Source of the DNA: Octopus vulgaris
Taxonomy: Eukaryota
Length of the DNA: 64,000 nucleotides
Assembly: GCA_951406725.2 (NCBI GenBank)
Contig: OX597824.1
Span: 21,080,001 to 21,144,000 of the forward strand
Direction: 5' to 3'
A model generated the notes under the pieces. It did not search any database. It was not told the origin of the DNA and saw nothing but the letters and a program-made list of their open reading frames with translations. This document shows positions 13,383 to 25,842 of this stretch, in pieces. Numbering within the stretch: the first letter of the stretch is position 1; each line of letters opens with the position of its first letter. Made by a program: the position numbers and the translations under genes.

Positions 13383-13560
13383 AATATATATGTATATATA
13401 TATATACATACATACATATATATATATGTATGTGTGTGTATATATATATATTATATATACATACATGTATATATACATATATATACATACATATATATAT
13501 ATATATGCATATGTATGTATGTACATATATATATATACACATACACACACACACACACAT
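12960..13560. repeat. Compound (TA)n/(TATG)n/(CA)n microsatellite, ~600 bp
   Basis: Directly visible; source of the spurious Ile/Tyr ORFs. Confidence 0.98.
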
Positions 13561-14090
13561 AGGTAATGATCTGCATTTAATGATAAGCTTATAGCTAATG
13601 AACATTTACATTTCAGTATCGCTTCATTACTATAATTAACCGTATTAACATAAACACATCAATGAAGCTGAAAATTATAATCTAAATCCTTTCACTAAAC
13701 TTTGTTGCTTAGCCCCAGGTCAACCTGATTGAGCTGACTGACCTATGATAAAAATGGTCAAAGCCATTCCACCAACCATGACCAATGACTATTCCATCGT
13801 TTTCTTTCGCTGGCATGTAGGGAACTTAGAACTACATTGTTCAAGATGTACTTTTTATTCAAAAGGTATGGCGTGATTGAAGGAGAATTGGCTGAGCAAA
13901 CAGAGTCTCCTTTGTTGGTTCATCCTTTTTTTTAATAAAAAGTGGAGGATGAGAGTTTACAATAAAATCCCTTATAGAGGAAAGCATTAGATGGTTCTCT
14001 GTTAGCTCATCCTTTCATGTACTAAAAATGAAGGGGTTTTATTATAATAAAATCAAATGCAGAAGAAAGCTTAGATGGAACACAAAGAAA

Positions 14091-14482
14091 TCTCTCTATA
14101 TATAAAGCTGAAGTTGTCTGTATATGGCAGGTTTGGTAGCCTTCAACTAACACTATCTCCTGAGACCCTGCAGCACAAGTTGACCAAAATCGAGAGTACG
14201 ATAGAAGAAGGCTTGCTCTTCTTTCCGTACAAGAAAAAATTCAAATCGGACCATGTTAACAGCAAAAATTATTTACATCAAAAAGGTGCTTTTTTTTCTA
14301 TGAAAATCCCTATTTTTTACGATTTTTTGACTGCTGTGTCACCAATTTTCGGTGTATTTCAACCAGAAAAATGTTCACTTAAAGGAGAATAACAAGCTAC
14401 ATAATGCAAAATTTTTACTTTTCAAAAATTCCAGTTCTAAAGGGTCGAAACAAACCTGAGCAACACCGGGCGATACTGCTAT
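14091..14482 (+). mobile_element. Non-autonomous Helitron-like element, family H1
   Basis: Copy of 10695-11084. Confidence 0.8.
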
Positions 14483-14995
14483 TCTTCTATAATAATACTC
14501 TTGTCTTTCTCCTCACAACATATGGAAAAGGAAGGGGTGATAGATGAATAAGGAAGGAAGGGGTGATGGCAAATTTGGGAGTGGGATGACTGAAGTTCTA
14601 CTGTGAAAAAAAAAGTCAAACAACATTTCAACTTTGCATGTGTATATGTATGTATGCAAAAGGGAGTGGATGGTAAACATTCAATGCCGAAAAGAAAAAT
14701 CAAACAGCATTTCAACTCTGTGTGAGTATATATGTGTATGTGTGTGCATGTACAAGGGAAGTATACTCTTTTACTTGTTTCAGTCATTTGACTGCGGCCA
14801 TGCTGGAGCACTGCCTTTAGTCGAGCAAATCGACCCCGGGACTTATTCTTTGTAAGCCCAGTACTTATTCTATCAGTCTCTTTTGCCAAACCGCTAAGTG
14901 GTACGGGGACGTAAACACACCAGCATCGGTTGTCAAGCAATGCTAGGGGGACAAACACACACACATACACATATATATATATATACATATATACC

Positions 14996-15795
14996 AACCA
15001 CAAACGACTTCAGGTAGATGGCCCTGCTTGATCTGTAGAAAAGGTGTAGGTAGAAACTCTATAAGGTGCACCAAGTGTAAGCTATGGACACATAAGAGGT
15101 GCAGCAATGTCAAAGGTAGGCTAACTGGGAAGATAGTTTTCGTATGTGGCAGATGCTCAGGAGAAATAAACACTGGAAATGTGCAGAGACCAACTTCTAC
15201 CACGTTCCAGGGAGACAAACTAGAAGTAGTTGATAGCTTCCGCTACCTTGGAGACCAAGTTAGTAGCGGGGGTGGGTGTGCTGAAAGTGTAACTGCTAGA
15301 GTAAGAATAGCCTGGGCAAAGTTTAGGGAGCTCTTACCCCTGCTGGTGACAAAAGGCCTCTCGCTCAGAGTAAAAGGCAGACTTTATGATGCATGTGTAC
15401 GTACAGCCATGCTACATGGTAGTGAAACATGGGCCGTGACTGCTGAGGATATGCGTAAGCTCGCAAGAAATGAAGCCAGTATGCTCCGATGGATGTGTAA
15501 TGTCAGTGTTCATAATCGTCAGAGTGTAAGTACCTTGAGAGAAAAGTTGAACCTAAGAAGCGTCAGTTGTGGTGTGCAAGAGAGACGGCTGCGCTGGTAT
15601 GGTCATATGATGAGAATGGCTGAAGATAGTTGTGTGCAAAAGTGCTACACCCTAGCAGTTGAGGGAACCTGTGGAAGAGGTAGACCCAGGAAAACCTGGG
15701 ACGAAGTGGTGAAGCACTTTAGGTCTCACCAAGGAAATGACTAGAGACTGAGACCTATGGAAGTATGCTGTGCGTGAGAAGACCCAGCAAGACTA
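14996..15795 (+). pseudogene. RTE ORF C-terminal fragment with Cys/His finger (ORF 15028-15744, frameshifted near the end)
   Basis: WPCLICRKGVGRNSIRCTKCKLWTHKRC, VDSFRYLG, LHGSETW, RRLRWYGH and RGRPRKTW motifs typical of RTE ORFs. Confidence 0.9.
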
Positions 15796-15949
15796 GTCAG
15801 GCCATAACCCGTGGCCCCTACCTAGGACGTAGTCAGTCCACCTGTGCATACCTTCCTTCTTGTGACACTTGTGAAGACCTGTTGAGGCAAGTGAAAATCA
15901 AACAAAATCAAAATAGATGAACATCAATGGAATTTGTATCTTTGTGGTA

Positions 15950-16352
15950 CCAGTGCCGGTGGCACACAAGAATACCATCCGAACGTGGGCGTAGCCAGTA
16001 CCGCACCGACTGGCCTCCATGCTGTGGGCACGTAACAATCACCATCCAATCGTGGCCGTTCGCCAGCCTCGTCTGGCACCTGTGTCGGTGGCACATAAAA
16101 AACACCATCCGAGCGTGGTCGTCTGCTAGCCTTGTCTGGCACCTGTGTCGGTGGCACATAAAAACACCATCCAAGCGTGGCCGTTCGCCAGCCTCGTCTG
16201 GCACCTGTGTCGGTGGCACATAAAAACACCATCCGAGCGTGGTCGTCTGCCAGCCTTGTCTGGCACCTGTGTCGGTGGCACATAAAAACACCATCCGAGC
16301 GTGGCCGTTCGCCAGCCTCGTCTGGCACCTGTGTCGGTGGCACATAAAATCA
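15950..16352 (+). repeat. 62-bp tandem array (~6 units) in the RTE 3' UTR
   Basis: gtgtcggtggcacataaaaacaccatccgagcgtgg..gccagcct.gtctggcacct repeated, with alternating variants. Confidence 0.95.
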
Positions 16353-17555
16353 CCCACTACACTCTCGGAGTGGTTGGCGTTAGGAAGGGCATCCAGCTGT
16401 AGAAACACTGCCAGATCTGACTGGCCTGGTGCAGCCTTCGGGCTCCCCAGACACTAGCATGGAGAGCGGACGTTAAATGATGATGATGATGATGACGACA
16501 GGCTTCTTTCAGTTTCCGTCTACCAAATCCACTCACAAGGCATTGGTCAGCCCGGGGCTATAGCAGAAGACACTTGCCCAAGATGCCACGCAGTGGGACT
16601 GAACCCGGACCCATGTGGTTGGTTAGCAAGCTACTTACCAAACAGCCACTCCTGCGCCTATGTGAATGTTTGTATGTGTGATTATTTTGTACCTTATTTG
16701 TATATAAAATACTACAATTATTGATGGCACAGGGCCAGCTAGTATGAAAATAAAATCCCTCCACCCCACAAAAAACTGCTATCAATTATATCAAAATAAT
16801 AGAAATAGGTTTAATGTAATAGTTAATTACATTAGCTATAAATAAAAAGAAATATTTAGATAAATCTCACAAATTGCACTTATCTGACCTATTTCAAATT
16901 AGAAATGCAAATTATATTTTTTCGAACAACATGTTGAAAGACGGTGATTTATAGTTGGCAATGGTTACTGGATTTTTTTTCAGATATGAGGTTAAGAAAT
17001 GGTTTTGTACTACAAGTGATGCTGAATAAAAATTAATTATTGGTTTGGTAACAGAAAAACAACAACAAAAAATAAACTGATCAATGGGAATTGTAGAAAG
17101 TCTTCTAAATTCTCAACAACATTTCCAGTCTAAAGACAACAGATATGAGCTTCTGTTATTGTTTGTAAGTTATCCTCTCAATTTGTGTACTGGTGAACAG
17201 CATAGCATTGTGGGTCACAGGTTCCCAATTGTTCAATCACTAGGGGCAGTGCGGGAATGAAAAGGGAGTGTCAGTAACTAGGTGCAGAACAAATATTTCA
17301 AGGGACTTTGTTCAAAATTACCATTTCTTATTGATGAGGTTAGACTGATGAAAATGTTTACACATAGATGGGCTTCTGCAGAATTTCTGTCAATCAGATT
17401 CCACCTACAAGTTATCTCAACTATTTCAGGTTATAATTAACATTAAATGAACAAACATAAATACACATTTCACATACACATTTACTATCGTTAATACATA
17501 TTTCAGCATGGCTTATTACTAAAGAACTTAATGACTTTTCATGGAATGCTTTTGC

Positions 17556-17997
17556 AAAAGGCACCATTCGAGTGTGATTGTTATCAGCGTCGCCTTACTG
17601 GCACTTGTGCCCGTGCTAGTAGGGTGCCAAGAGCACCATCAAGCGTGATTGTTGCCAGAGCAGCCAACTGGCTTCTGTGCCGGCGGCACGTAAAAGAGCA
17701 CCATTTGAGTGTGATCATTACCAACATCACCTTACTAGCAACTGTACCGGTGGCATGTGTATAAAAATTAGAGCGAGGTCATTGCCAGTACCGCCTGACT
17801 GGCCCCCGTGCCGGTGGCACATAAAAAGCACCCACTACACTCTCGGAGTGGTTGGCATTAGGAAGGGCATCCAGCTGTAGAAACTCTGCCAGATCAAGAT
17901 TGGAGCCTGATGCAGCCATCTGGTTCGCCAGCCCTCAGTCAAAATCGTCCAACACATGCTAGCATGGAAAGCGGATATTAAATGATGATGATGATGT
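17556..17997 (+). mobile_element. RTE 3' UTR array plus tail
   Basis: Same units and terminal sequence. Confidence 0.8.
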
Positions 17998-18676
17998 TGT
18001 AGACCAATTTTAGATGTGGAATAAAAAATATAATTTCCCTCCACAAAAAAAATTTATTTTAAAGAACGTGGAGAAAATTTTAAAAGCTTCTACCTGTATC
18101 AGCTTCATGTAAGCAAGTAATATGTGATCGTTAATTATTTGATATCCAATTACAATCCATTAGTCATTCGCTCACAGTATGATATCTGTTTTTTGGTGGG
18201 CCATCAAGAACAGCAGGTAGTTGTGCAACAAATACTTCGTTTACACTTTGCTCACATTAAATTTCGTTCACAGGTCTACGTAATGAAAGATAAGTAATGA
18301 CAACACACTTGTTAAATGTGTTGCGCCAGTGTTTGATGCTATTATTAGCATACGGCAAGTCATTTTGCACATGTTCACATGCATTCCAACACCACATTGA
18401 AAATATTGGTTGCCGACATCTTCCGCATTGTTATACAAATTTTATTGGACCATGAAAATCATGTGACTGTTCACAGAAACAAAAAGAAAATATTCTACAA
18501 AATAATATATTCACAAAAGTCATTTCAATTAAAAGTCATAGTACTTTTTTAAAGTCATAGAATTTTTTAACCACTATGTGGAAACCCTAGGTTAGAGTTA
18601 ATATCAGGAAGGACATCCGACTGTAAAACAATAACGTATTCTTCTGATCCATGAAAGCATGAAAAACTTGAACATA

Positions 18677-19385
18677 TCATCATTTAACGTCCGTTTTCCA
18701 TGCTAGCATGGGTTGGACGATTTGACTGAGGTCTGGAGAGCCAGTGGCTGCACCAGGCTCCAATGTGATCTGGCAATGTTTCTACAGCTGGATGTCCTTC
18801 CTAATGCCAACCAGTCTGAGAGTGTAGTGAGTGCTTTTTACGTACCACCAGCAAAAGAGCCAGTCATGCAGGCCTGGCATTGATCATGGTCGGATAGTGC
18901 TTTTTATGTGCCACCAGCATGGGGGCCAGTCAGGGGATACTGGCATTGGCCACATTCGGATGGTGCTTTTTATGTGCCACCAACATGGGGGCTGGTCAGG
19001 CGATACTGGCATTGGCCATATTCGGATGATGCTTTTTATGTGCCACCAACACGGGGGCCAGTCAGGGGATACTGGCATTGATCACATTCGGATGGTGCTT
19101 TTTATGTGCCACCAACATGAGGGCTGGTCAGTGGGTACTGGCATTGGCCACATTCGGATGGTGCTTTTTATGTGCCACCAACATGGGGGCTGGTCAGTGG
19201 GTACTGGCATTGGCCACATTCGGATGGTGCTTTTTATGTGCCACCAACATGGGGGCTGGTCAGTGGATACTGGCATTGGCCACATTCGGATGGTGCTTTT
19301 TATGTGCCACCAACATGGGGGCTGGTCAGTGGGTACTGGCATTGGCCACATTCGGATGGTGCTTTGTACGTGCCACCAGCATGAG
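18677..19385 (-). mobile_element. RTE 3' tail with expanded 66-bp array (~8 units)
   Basis: Unit starts at 18892, 18958, 19024 ... 19354 (period 66). Confidence 0.9.
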
Positions 19386-19742
19386 AGTATTGAAAAATGT
19401 ATGAATCCAAATGGGTAATGAGGGAACTACTATAGCTGTAGCTACAACAAAGAACTCAACTTTCTTTCAAATTACACTCAACTGTCTCGAAAAATGGGGA
19501 ACATATTGGACAGTGTATTTATTCCTAGGTAACCACTGTTCTTGGTGACCCACCCAAAAACAGATATCATACTGTGAATGAATGACTGTAGTGCATTGTA
19601 ACTGGACAACAAATAATTAATGATCACATATTACCTGCTGCACATAGCTTATATAACAGATAACCACTAAAAAAGTACAATGGGCCTGGGTGGAACACCG
19701 TTTGTCACAGCTTTGCTTCATAGGGTTCTAACCATGAGTTAA

Positions 19743-20209
19743 CCTTTTCGTTACTGTATTTATTTTGAGATGCTCTGTGTTTCTTTCAATTAATTTTAAA
19801 TATAACAAAGAATTTAGTAAAATAACTTAGTTATCATTCAGCTAGTGTTAGGGACATAAATTGTGACTATGGTTTGGTGGAAGATTTTAATTCAAAACCT
19901 ATGAAAACAAGACATTTGTACTCAGAGCCAAAGGTGATTTCAGTCGGGTTGGTATCAAAAGGTTTAAGAATTGTTTCTCTATTATATATTTTAAACCTTT
20001 CGTTACTGTATTTCTGTTGAGATGCTCTGTGTTTCTTTCAATTACTTTAAATATAACAAAGAATTTAGTAAAATAACTTAGTTATCATTCAGCTAGTGTT
20101 AGAGACATAAATTGTGACTAAGGCTTGGTGGAAGATTTCAATTCAAAACTTATGAAAACAAGACGTTTGTACTAAAGAGCTGGTTTCAGCCGGGTTGGTA
20201 ACGAAAGGG
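19743..20209. mobile_element. Two adjacent piggyBac-like P1 MITEs (19743-19963, 19995-20209)
   Basis: Both match 7887-8108, with TTAA-flanked termini. Confidence 0.85.
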
Positions 20210-20782
20210 TTAAGCAGCAACGACAGATATATTCTTAAGCATGTGGATGTGTAAGTTGGAGTAAAATCCATCAAATGGAATTGGCCACTAAACTGCTGTC
20301 TCGTGTAAGATCCACCTTAATTCAAATGCTTTCCAGTCATAATGACTATGTCTTATTTTGAAATATAATGTACCTAAAAGTACATTGCTCAATGGATGCT
20401 TAATCAGTAGACTGTGTTGAGAAACATCTAACAGTTTCTTGGTTGTGTAATGTGAGAAGCACAATAGTATATGCATCACTTTACCTGTCAGCTCTAGGTT
20501 CCAGAGGAGCAAGCTACCCAGGTATTATCAATACCTCATCCTATAACCACAAAAATAAAAAAGAAGTGAACTTTGTATAAAAGACCTCAGGTTTAAAGAA
20601 GTGTGTGTATAACATGTAAAATACATGTCTGGCTATGGGGAATATTACATTGCTTGGACAAAGGTGAAGGTTGATGCCAGGAAGGGCATCTGGCCATAAA
20701 ATGTCTACCTCAAAAAGCTCCACCTGACCCATACAAGCATTGAAAAGTGGATGTTAAATTATATATATATATATATATATAT

Positions 20783-21125
20783 TTAATAATATATTATTAT
20801 TAATATTAGGAAATCAATATCAAAACTCCTCAGAAAGATATACACGTGTGAAAATTGTTGTATTAAAAATATATAAATAAATAAATATAAATATGTATAA
20901 AAATATATGTAAATATGTATAAGTATAAATATATAATGTATATGACAGTTTAAAAGTTTTGAATTAACTATTTAAAGCACCTTACAATCGTTTCACAGAA
21001 GAGTTGTCCCTATAATGAAATTCTATATTGATAAGCATTTATAGACAACACTTCTGCTCTTCAGAGATATAAAATATGGATTTTGTATAACATTATTGAA
21101 TGATAGTTTTCTTTTTTAAATTTGA
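20783..21125 (-). mobile_element. Penelope-like element fragment between (TA)n tracts
   Basis: Contains a hammerhead motif; bounded by TA microsatellites. Confidence 0.55.
20977..21070 (-). ncRNA. Type I hammerhead ribozyme motif with long stem II
   Basis: Minus strand: UAUCU CUGAAGA GCAGAAG.GUUGUC.UAUAA..UUAUA..GACAAC.CUUCUGU GAAAC GAUU GUA AGGUG. Confidence 0.75.
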
Positions 21126-21231
21126 AGTAATATATATATATATATTTCTATTCCTGAGCGCCATACTCATACAATTGTTTGTTTGTACTCCACCTGCCTT
21201 CGTCTTTTGTTTATTTTCGTAAAGCTTCCCG

Positions 21232-21274
<43 letters not shown>

Positions 21275-21451
21275 GGTGGGCATCCAGGTGTAGAAACATT
21301 GCCTGATCAGAATGGAGCCTGGTGCAGCTGTTGGCTCTCCAGACCTCAGTCAAACCGGCCAACCCATGCCACCAAGGAATATGGATATGAAACGATGATG
21401 ACAATGAAGAGAGAGAGCAGCTTATGTGTGCATGCATGATTATACAGTTGT

Positions 21452-21865
21452 ATAGGCGAAGGAGTGGCTGTGTGGTAAGTAGCTTGCTTACCAACCACAT
21501 GGTTCCGGGTTCAGTCCCACTGCGTGGCATCTTGGGCAATTGTCTTCTACTATAGCCTCAGGCCGACCAATGCCTTGTGAGTGGATTTGGTAGACGGAAA
21601 CTGAAAGAAGCCTGTCGTATATATGTATATATATGTATGTGTGTGTATATGTTTGTGTGTCTGTGTTTGTCCTCCTAGCATTGTTTGACAACCGATGCTG
21701 GTGTGTTTACGTCCCTGTCACTTAGTGGTTCGGCAAAAGAGACCGATAGAATAAGTACTGGGCTTACAAAGAATAAGTCCCGGGGTCGATTTGCTTGACT
21801 AAAGGCGGTGCTCCAGCATGGCTGCAGTCAAAAGACTGAAACAAGTAAAAGAGTAAAAGAGTAAA
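21452..21865 (+). mobile_element. SINE family A, full length
   Basis: tRNA-like head (tggctgtgtggtaag..gggttcagtccc), internal TA/TG microsatellite, tail ggcggtgctccagcatggc..gactgaaacaag(taaaaga)n. Confidence 0.9.
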
Positions 21866-22142
21866 TACATATGGATATGTATACACATACTTAAATCTTA
21901 TATTATCTTGCTACAGAACACATTTAAAATAATGACCTCAAACACATGAGAGAACCAATGTTGGTAACTAGGCAACCAAACATTTGCAACCTTCAGAACC
22001 ATTTGGTGGCCACATCGTCATGCTTGGTGTTACCATGCTACATGCTTTTTTTTTATTTTTACCCCAGCCCCATCCAGTAGCGTACTGTTTATAGATAACC
22101 ACAAGGGCCAGCTTCTACATGCCATAATGAAATATTTTTATG

Positions 22143-22179
<37 letters not shown>

Positions 22180-22722
22180 TGATAATGTAGTAGAACCGAT
22201 AGTCAAGTAATTTCAAAGATAAACCAAGACGAGACTGACAGACATCAATATGGAGCTAAAATGGTGCAGGAGATAAGGCCACGAGAGATAAGCAGCAGAT
22301 GTCATTGAAGAGAACTGTGCTTGAAAGGAATAGGTGTGCTTGTCGGGAGTGAAAATTCAGGAGGAGATCTGTGTGTATAACAACAAGGTATCACTGAGAA
22401 AGTAATAAAACGTTTCCTTTCCTCATTGTTATGTTTATACCAAATCTTCCCACTTTCTTATGCCATCTTGTGCAATGTTTGTATTATTCCTCAAAATGTC
22501 CAAACAGTGGAAATCTGACAATGGGCAAACTATCAGGTAATCCTTAGGACTACTTACAGTCACAGAATGAGGATTCCAAAATATGTGCCTCTCTCCACTT
22601 TCATTTCAGTGTCTTAGGTTAAGCTAAGTCCAACTATTTTCCTCCTTCTAATGCTCTTCATTTGTAAACCACTAACAGAGACATAAAGAGAAGGTTGCAA
22701 GAAATTAAAAAATAATTAAGAT

Positions 22723-23142
22723 ATAGGCACAAGAGAGGCTGTGAGGTATGTAGCTAGCTTACCAACCACATGGTTCCGGGTTCAGTCCCACTGCATGGCA
22801 CCTTAGGCAAGTGTCTTCTACTATAGCCTTGGGCCGACCAAAGCCTTGTGGGTGGATTTGGTAGACGGAAACTGAAACAAGCTCGTCGTATATATGTATG
22901 TATATATGTGTGTGTGCATGTGTGTATATATGTTTGTGTGTCTGGGTTTGTCCCTCCCCAACATCGCTTGACAACCAATGCTGGTGTGTTTACATCTCCA
23001 TAACTTAGCGGTTCAGCAAAAGAGACCGATAGAATAAATAGGCTTACAAAGAATAAGTCCAGTGGTCGATTTGCTCGACTAAAAGTGGTGTTCCAGCATG
23101 GCCACAGTCAAATTACTGAAACAAGTAAAAGAGTAAAGAGTA
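22723..23142 (+). mobile_element. SINE family A, full length
   Basis: As 21452-21865. Confidence 0.9.
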
Positions 23143-23587
23143 AGATAAACAAATTTTTTTCCTGAAGAGTCAAAGTTATCAGAGCAAAACAATAAAATGT
23201 TGGTTGGTAGTAATGGTCGCAATCAACGAGCATCATGCAAGTTACCTTTTAATGATAGCAAGACTATGTAAGAATTATAGTAAACTGAGAAAACCACCAC
23301 AATGTCCAGTTCTTGTGGCAAAGTGGTTGCTTGTGTATCTCAATGACCCTGAGAACCAGGCCAGTAGAGTGCAAGATCCTGGTAGAGCCTCCCATGCTGG
23401 ACAGGTCAAAGATAGCAGCCAGATCAATATGGACCACCTCTTACCAGAGGCAAAACTGGGTTTTGCATTGGGCCAGCATACCCTACCTAGATAAAAGCAA
23501 AATCACAGAAGCATCAACAACAATTCAAAACCAACAAGACCTAGGAAACAAAAAGACAGCTCAGAGTTAAGAATAACATAGGAAAAT

Positions 23588-23902
23588 CAGGCACATAAAA
23601 AAAAAACATTTGAACATGGCCATTACCAGTGCCGCTTGACTGGCTCTTGTGCAGGTGGCACATAAAAAAACACCATTTGAGCATGGCCATTGCCAGTACC
23701 GCTTGACTGGCCCTCATGCCAGCGGCACATAAAAGCACCCACTACACTCTCAGAGTGGTTGGCGTTAGGAAGGGCATCCAGGTGTAGAAACTCTGCCAGA
23801 TCAAGATTGGAGCCTGGTGCAGCCATCTGGTTCGCCAGACCTCAGTCAAATCGTCCAACCCATGCTAGCATAGAAAGCGGACGTTAAACGATGATGATGA
23901 TG
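23588..23902 (+). mobile_element. RTE 3' UTR array plus tail
   Basis: Two to three units and the terminal sequence. Confidence 0.8.
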
Positions 23903-24771
23903 TTCCACGGAGAGAAAGGGTTTTAAGTAAATAGACTGAGTAGAGAGCTTTTGCGGTAACAGCAAAGTAACCCTAAACTGAAAGCTATGGATTATTCAGA
24001 TGACTTGTTAACAATTAGGAAAACAAAAGTGTTAGAGATAAGGTGGGCCAAGTGATAGAATTTTTATGAAAATTAGGTGAAGAACTGTTTCTCTTGGTAA
24101 AAACAGTTTTCTCCTTATGCAATAAGCAAATTACACTGCAGTGAATGCAAAACGATTAATGTAGAATGAGTTCAAAAGGATCTGTCAGATGTTAAGCTGG
24201 TCATCAATATAAAATTATGCTATAAGATAGTTGCTGACTTTCTAAAAGAGCAACAACCTCATACATCATCTGTCAACTGTTGTATCTTGTCAAGAGTTCA
24301 TCCATTCTGCTTTTTAATAGAATACGGAAATTGAAACTTTATAACAGCCTCGAATTATTGGTCATGTCTTCAAAATCACTCAAGCATAAGTCAAAGCATG
24401 CAACTCACAGTTGACAATTTGAATAACAAAATATAAAAACAGGTTTTAAATTAGTAATGCATTATAATATTTCATTAAAAATATGTCTTTAATGTTACAC
24501 ACAGTTATCCTTGTATATTTTAATGTATAAGTAGTGAACCTTGGTAGACAGAAAGTATGCAGAAGCCATTTGTGAATGTGTTTGTGTAAATACCTGGGGA
24601 CAGCCTTGAAGAATTTTAGTCAAACAAACCGACCTAAGAGGCTATTTTTGTAAGGCTGGTACTTATTTTCAGGTTTCTGGGTCAACAGGTTGCATCTTGG
24701 TGGGTTTGAACATTTCAAATGTTTTTCAACAGTAGCAAAACCACAATAGGGTTACAGAAGCATATTATATG

Positions 24772-24953
24772 TTACTCTCTTACTTGTTGCAGTCATTTGA
24801 CTGCAGCCATTTGAGCAAATTGACCTCCAGAGCTTATTCTTTGTAAGCCTAGTACTTATTCTGTCAGTCTCTTTTGCTGAACCACTAAGTTATGGGGACG
24901 TAAACACACCAGCATCGGTTGTCAAGTGATGCTGGGGGAACAAACAGACACAC

Positions 24954-25003
<50 letters not shown>

Positions 25004-25165
25004 GATGGGTTTCTTCCAGTTTCTGTCTACCAAATCCACTCACAAGGCTTTGGTTGGTCCAAGGCTATAGTAGAATACACTTGCCCAAGGTGCCACGCAG
25101 TGGGACTGAACCCGGGACCATGTGGTTGGTAAGCAAGCTACTTACCACACAGCCCCCTCCTGCGT
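24772..25165 (-). mobile_element. SINE family A
   Basis: Reverse complement of family A. Confidence 0.85.
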
Positions 25166-25842
25166 ATGTTAGATAACATACTTTTGAGCAGGGAAGGTAG
25201 ATAACTTCAATTGTTTCTGCCTTCTTACTTTTCATCAGCAGACATGCGGTCTTCTTTGCCAGTACTTACTATAAAGAAATGTGCATAAAAACTGAGTGAC
25301 ACCAGTAAATTAAGTAACAGAGAGGTGCAACTCATTGACAAAAGCACTGGATATGCTAAAAGGCTCAGTGGTTGGATTTATTATCTTTCAGTTGAAACTA
25401 GAACCAAGGCTGTCCAACAGCAGCAGTGTTATGTATACTATCACTACAATACTTTTAAAGGAGACTATATTATTACTTGACCTGTGAGAAATAGCAGCTA
25501 AATCTTCCTCAAATCACATCTCTTCATCTTAAAAGAGAAAACACACAATAAAAAAAAAATGGGATGGTCAAGGCTAGACTGTTTTTGATGCTAAGTCAGT
25601 TTGATCCAGGACTAAATAAGTAGTAAACTGATACGAAAAAATATTTGTGGGAGAGAAATTAATACTAAGTCAGTGTACACATTTGACAGCTGAGATCAAA
25701 ATAAAGTGTACAGAAATGTGCTCTAAATGATGTACACATCATTATTTTGATCTCTGCAGCTTCAGGTGTATATAATAAATGAATTGCAGCCTGGCACACT
25801 TCTGCACACATCAGCAAATGTTTTGTTTGCAATCTTCATATA

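Larger units (their letters stand above)
14994..16494 (+). mobile_element. 5'-truncated RTE-clade LINE (ORF end, 3' UTR array, (GAT)n tail)
   Basis: RT C-terminal coding region continuous with a 3' UTR, the 62-bp array and the abundant tail. Confidence 0.9.
14764..16660 (-). mobile_element. SINE family A split by an RTE insertion
   Basis: 3' half at 14764-14990 and 5' half at 16495-16660; the RTE sits in the internal microsatellite. Confidence 0.8.

Noticed and set aside
12926-13605. Long Ile/Tyr-rich ORFs (also 42355-42815 and 59911-60622)
   Set aside because: Translations of TA/CA microsatellites
15028-15744. Functional host PHD-finger gene
   Set aside because: The Cys/His motif is embedded in a 5'-truncated, frameshifted RTE ORF
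15950-16352. CRISPR-like array (palindromic repeats with ~62-66 bp period, also 18830-19385)
   Set aside because: The putative spacers are near-identical to each other, there are no cas genes, the context is eukaryotic, and the array is part of an RTE 3' UTR
18831-19418. 195-aa His/Cys repeat protein
   Set aside because: By-product of a 66-bp repeat on the antisense strand of a LINE UTR; no splice or promoter support
22440-22540. Possible mariner transposase remnant (SDFH.FG-like, minus strand); similarly 18170-18480
   Set aside because: Needs several frameshifts; too degenerate to support
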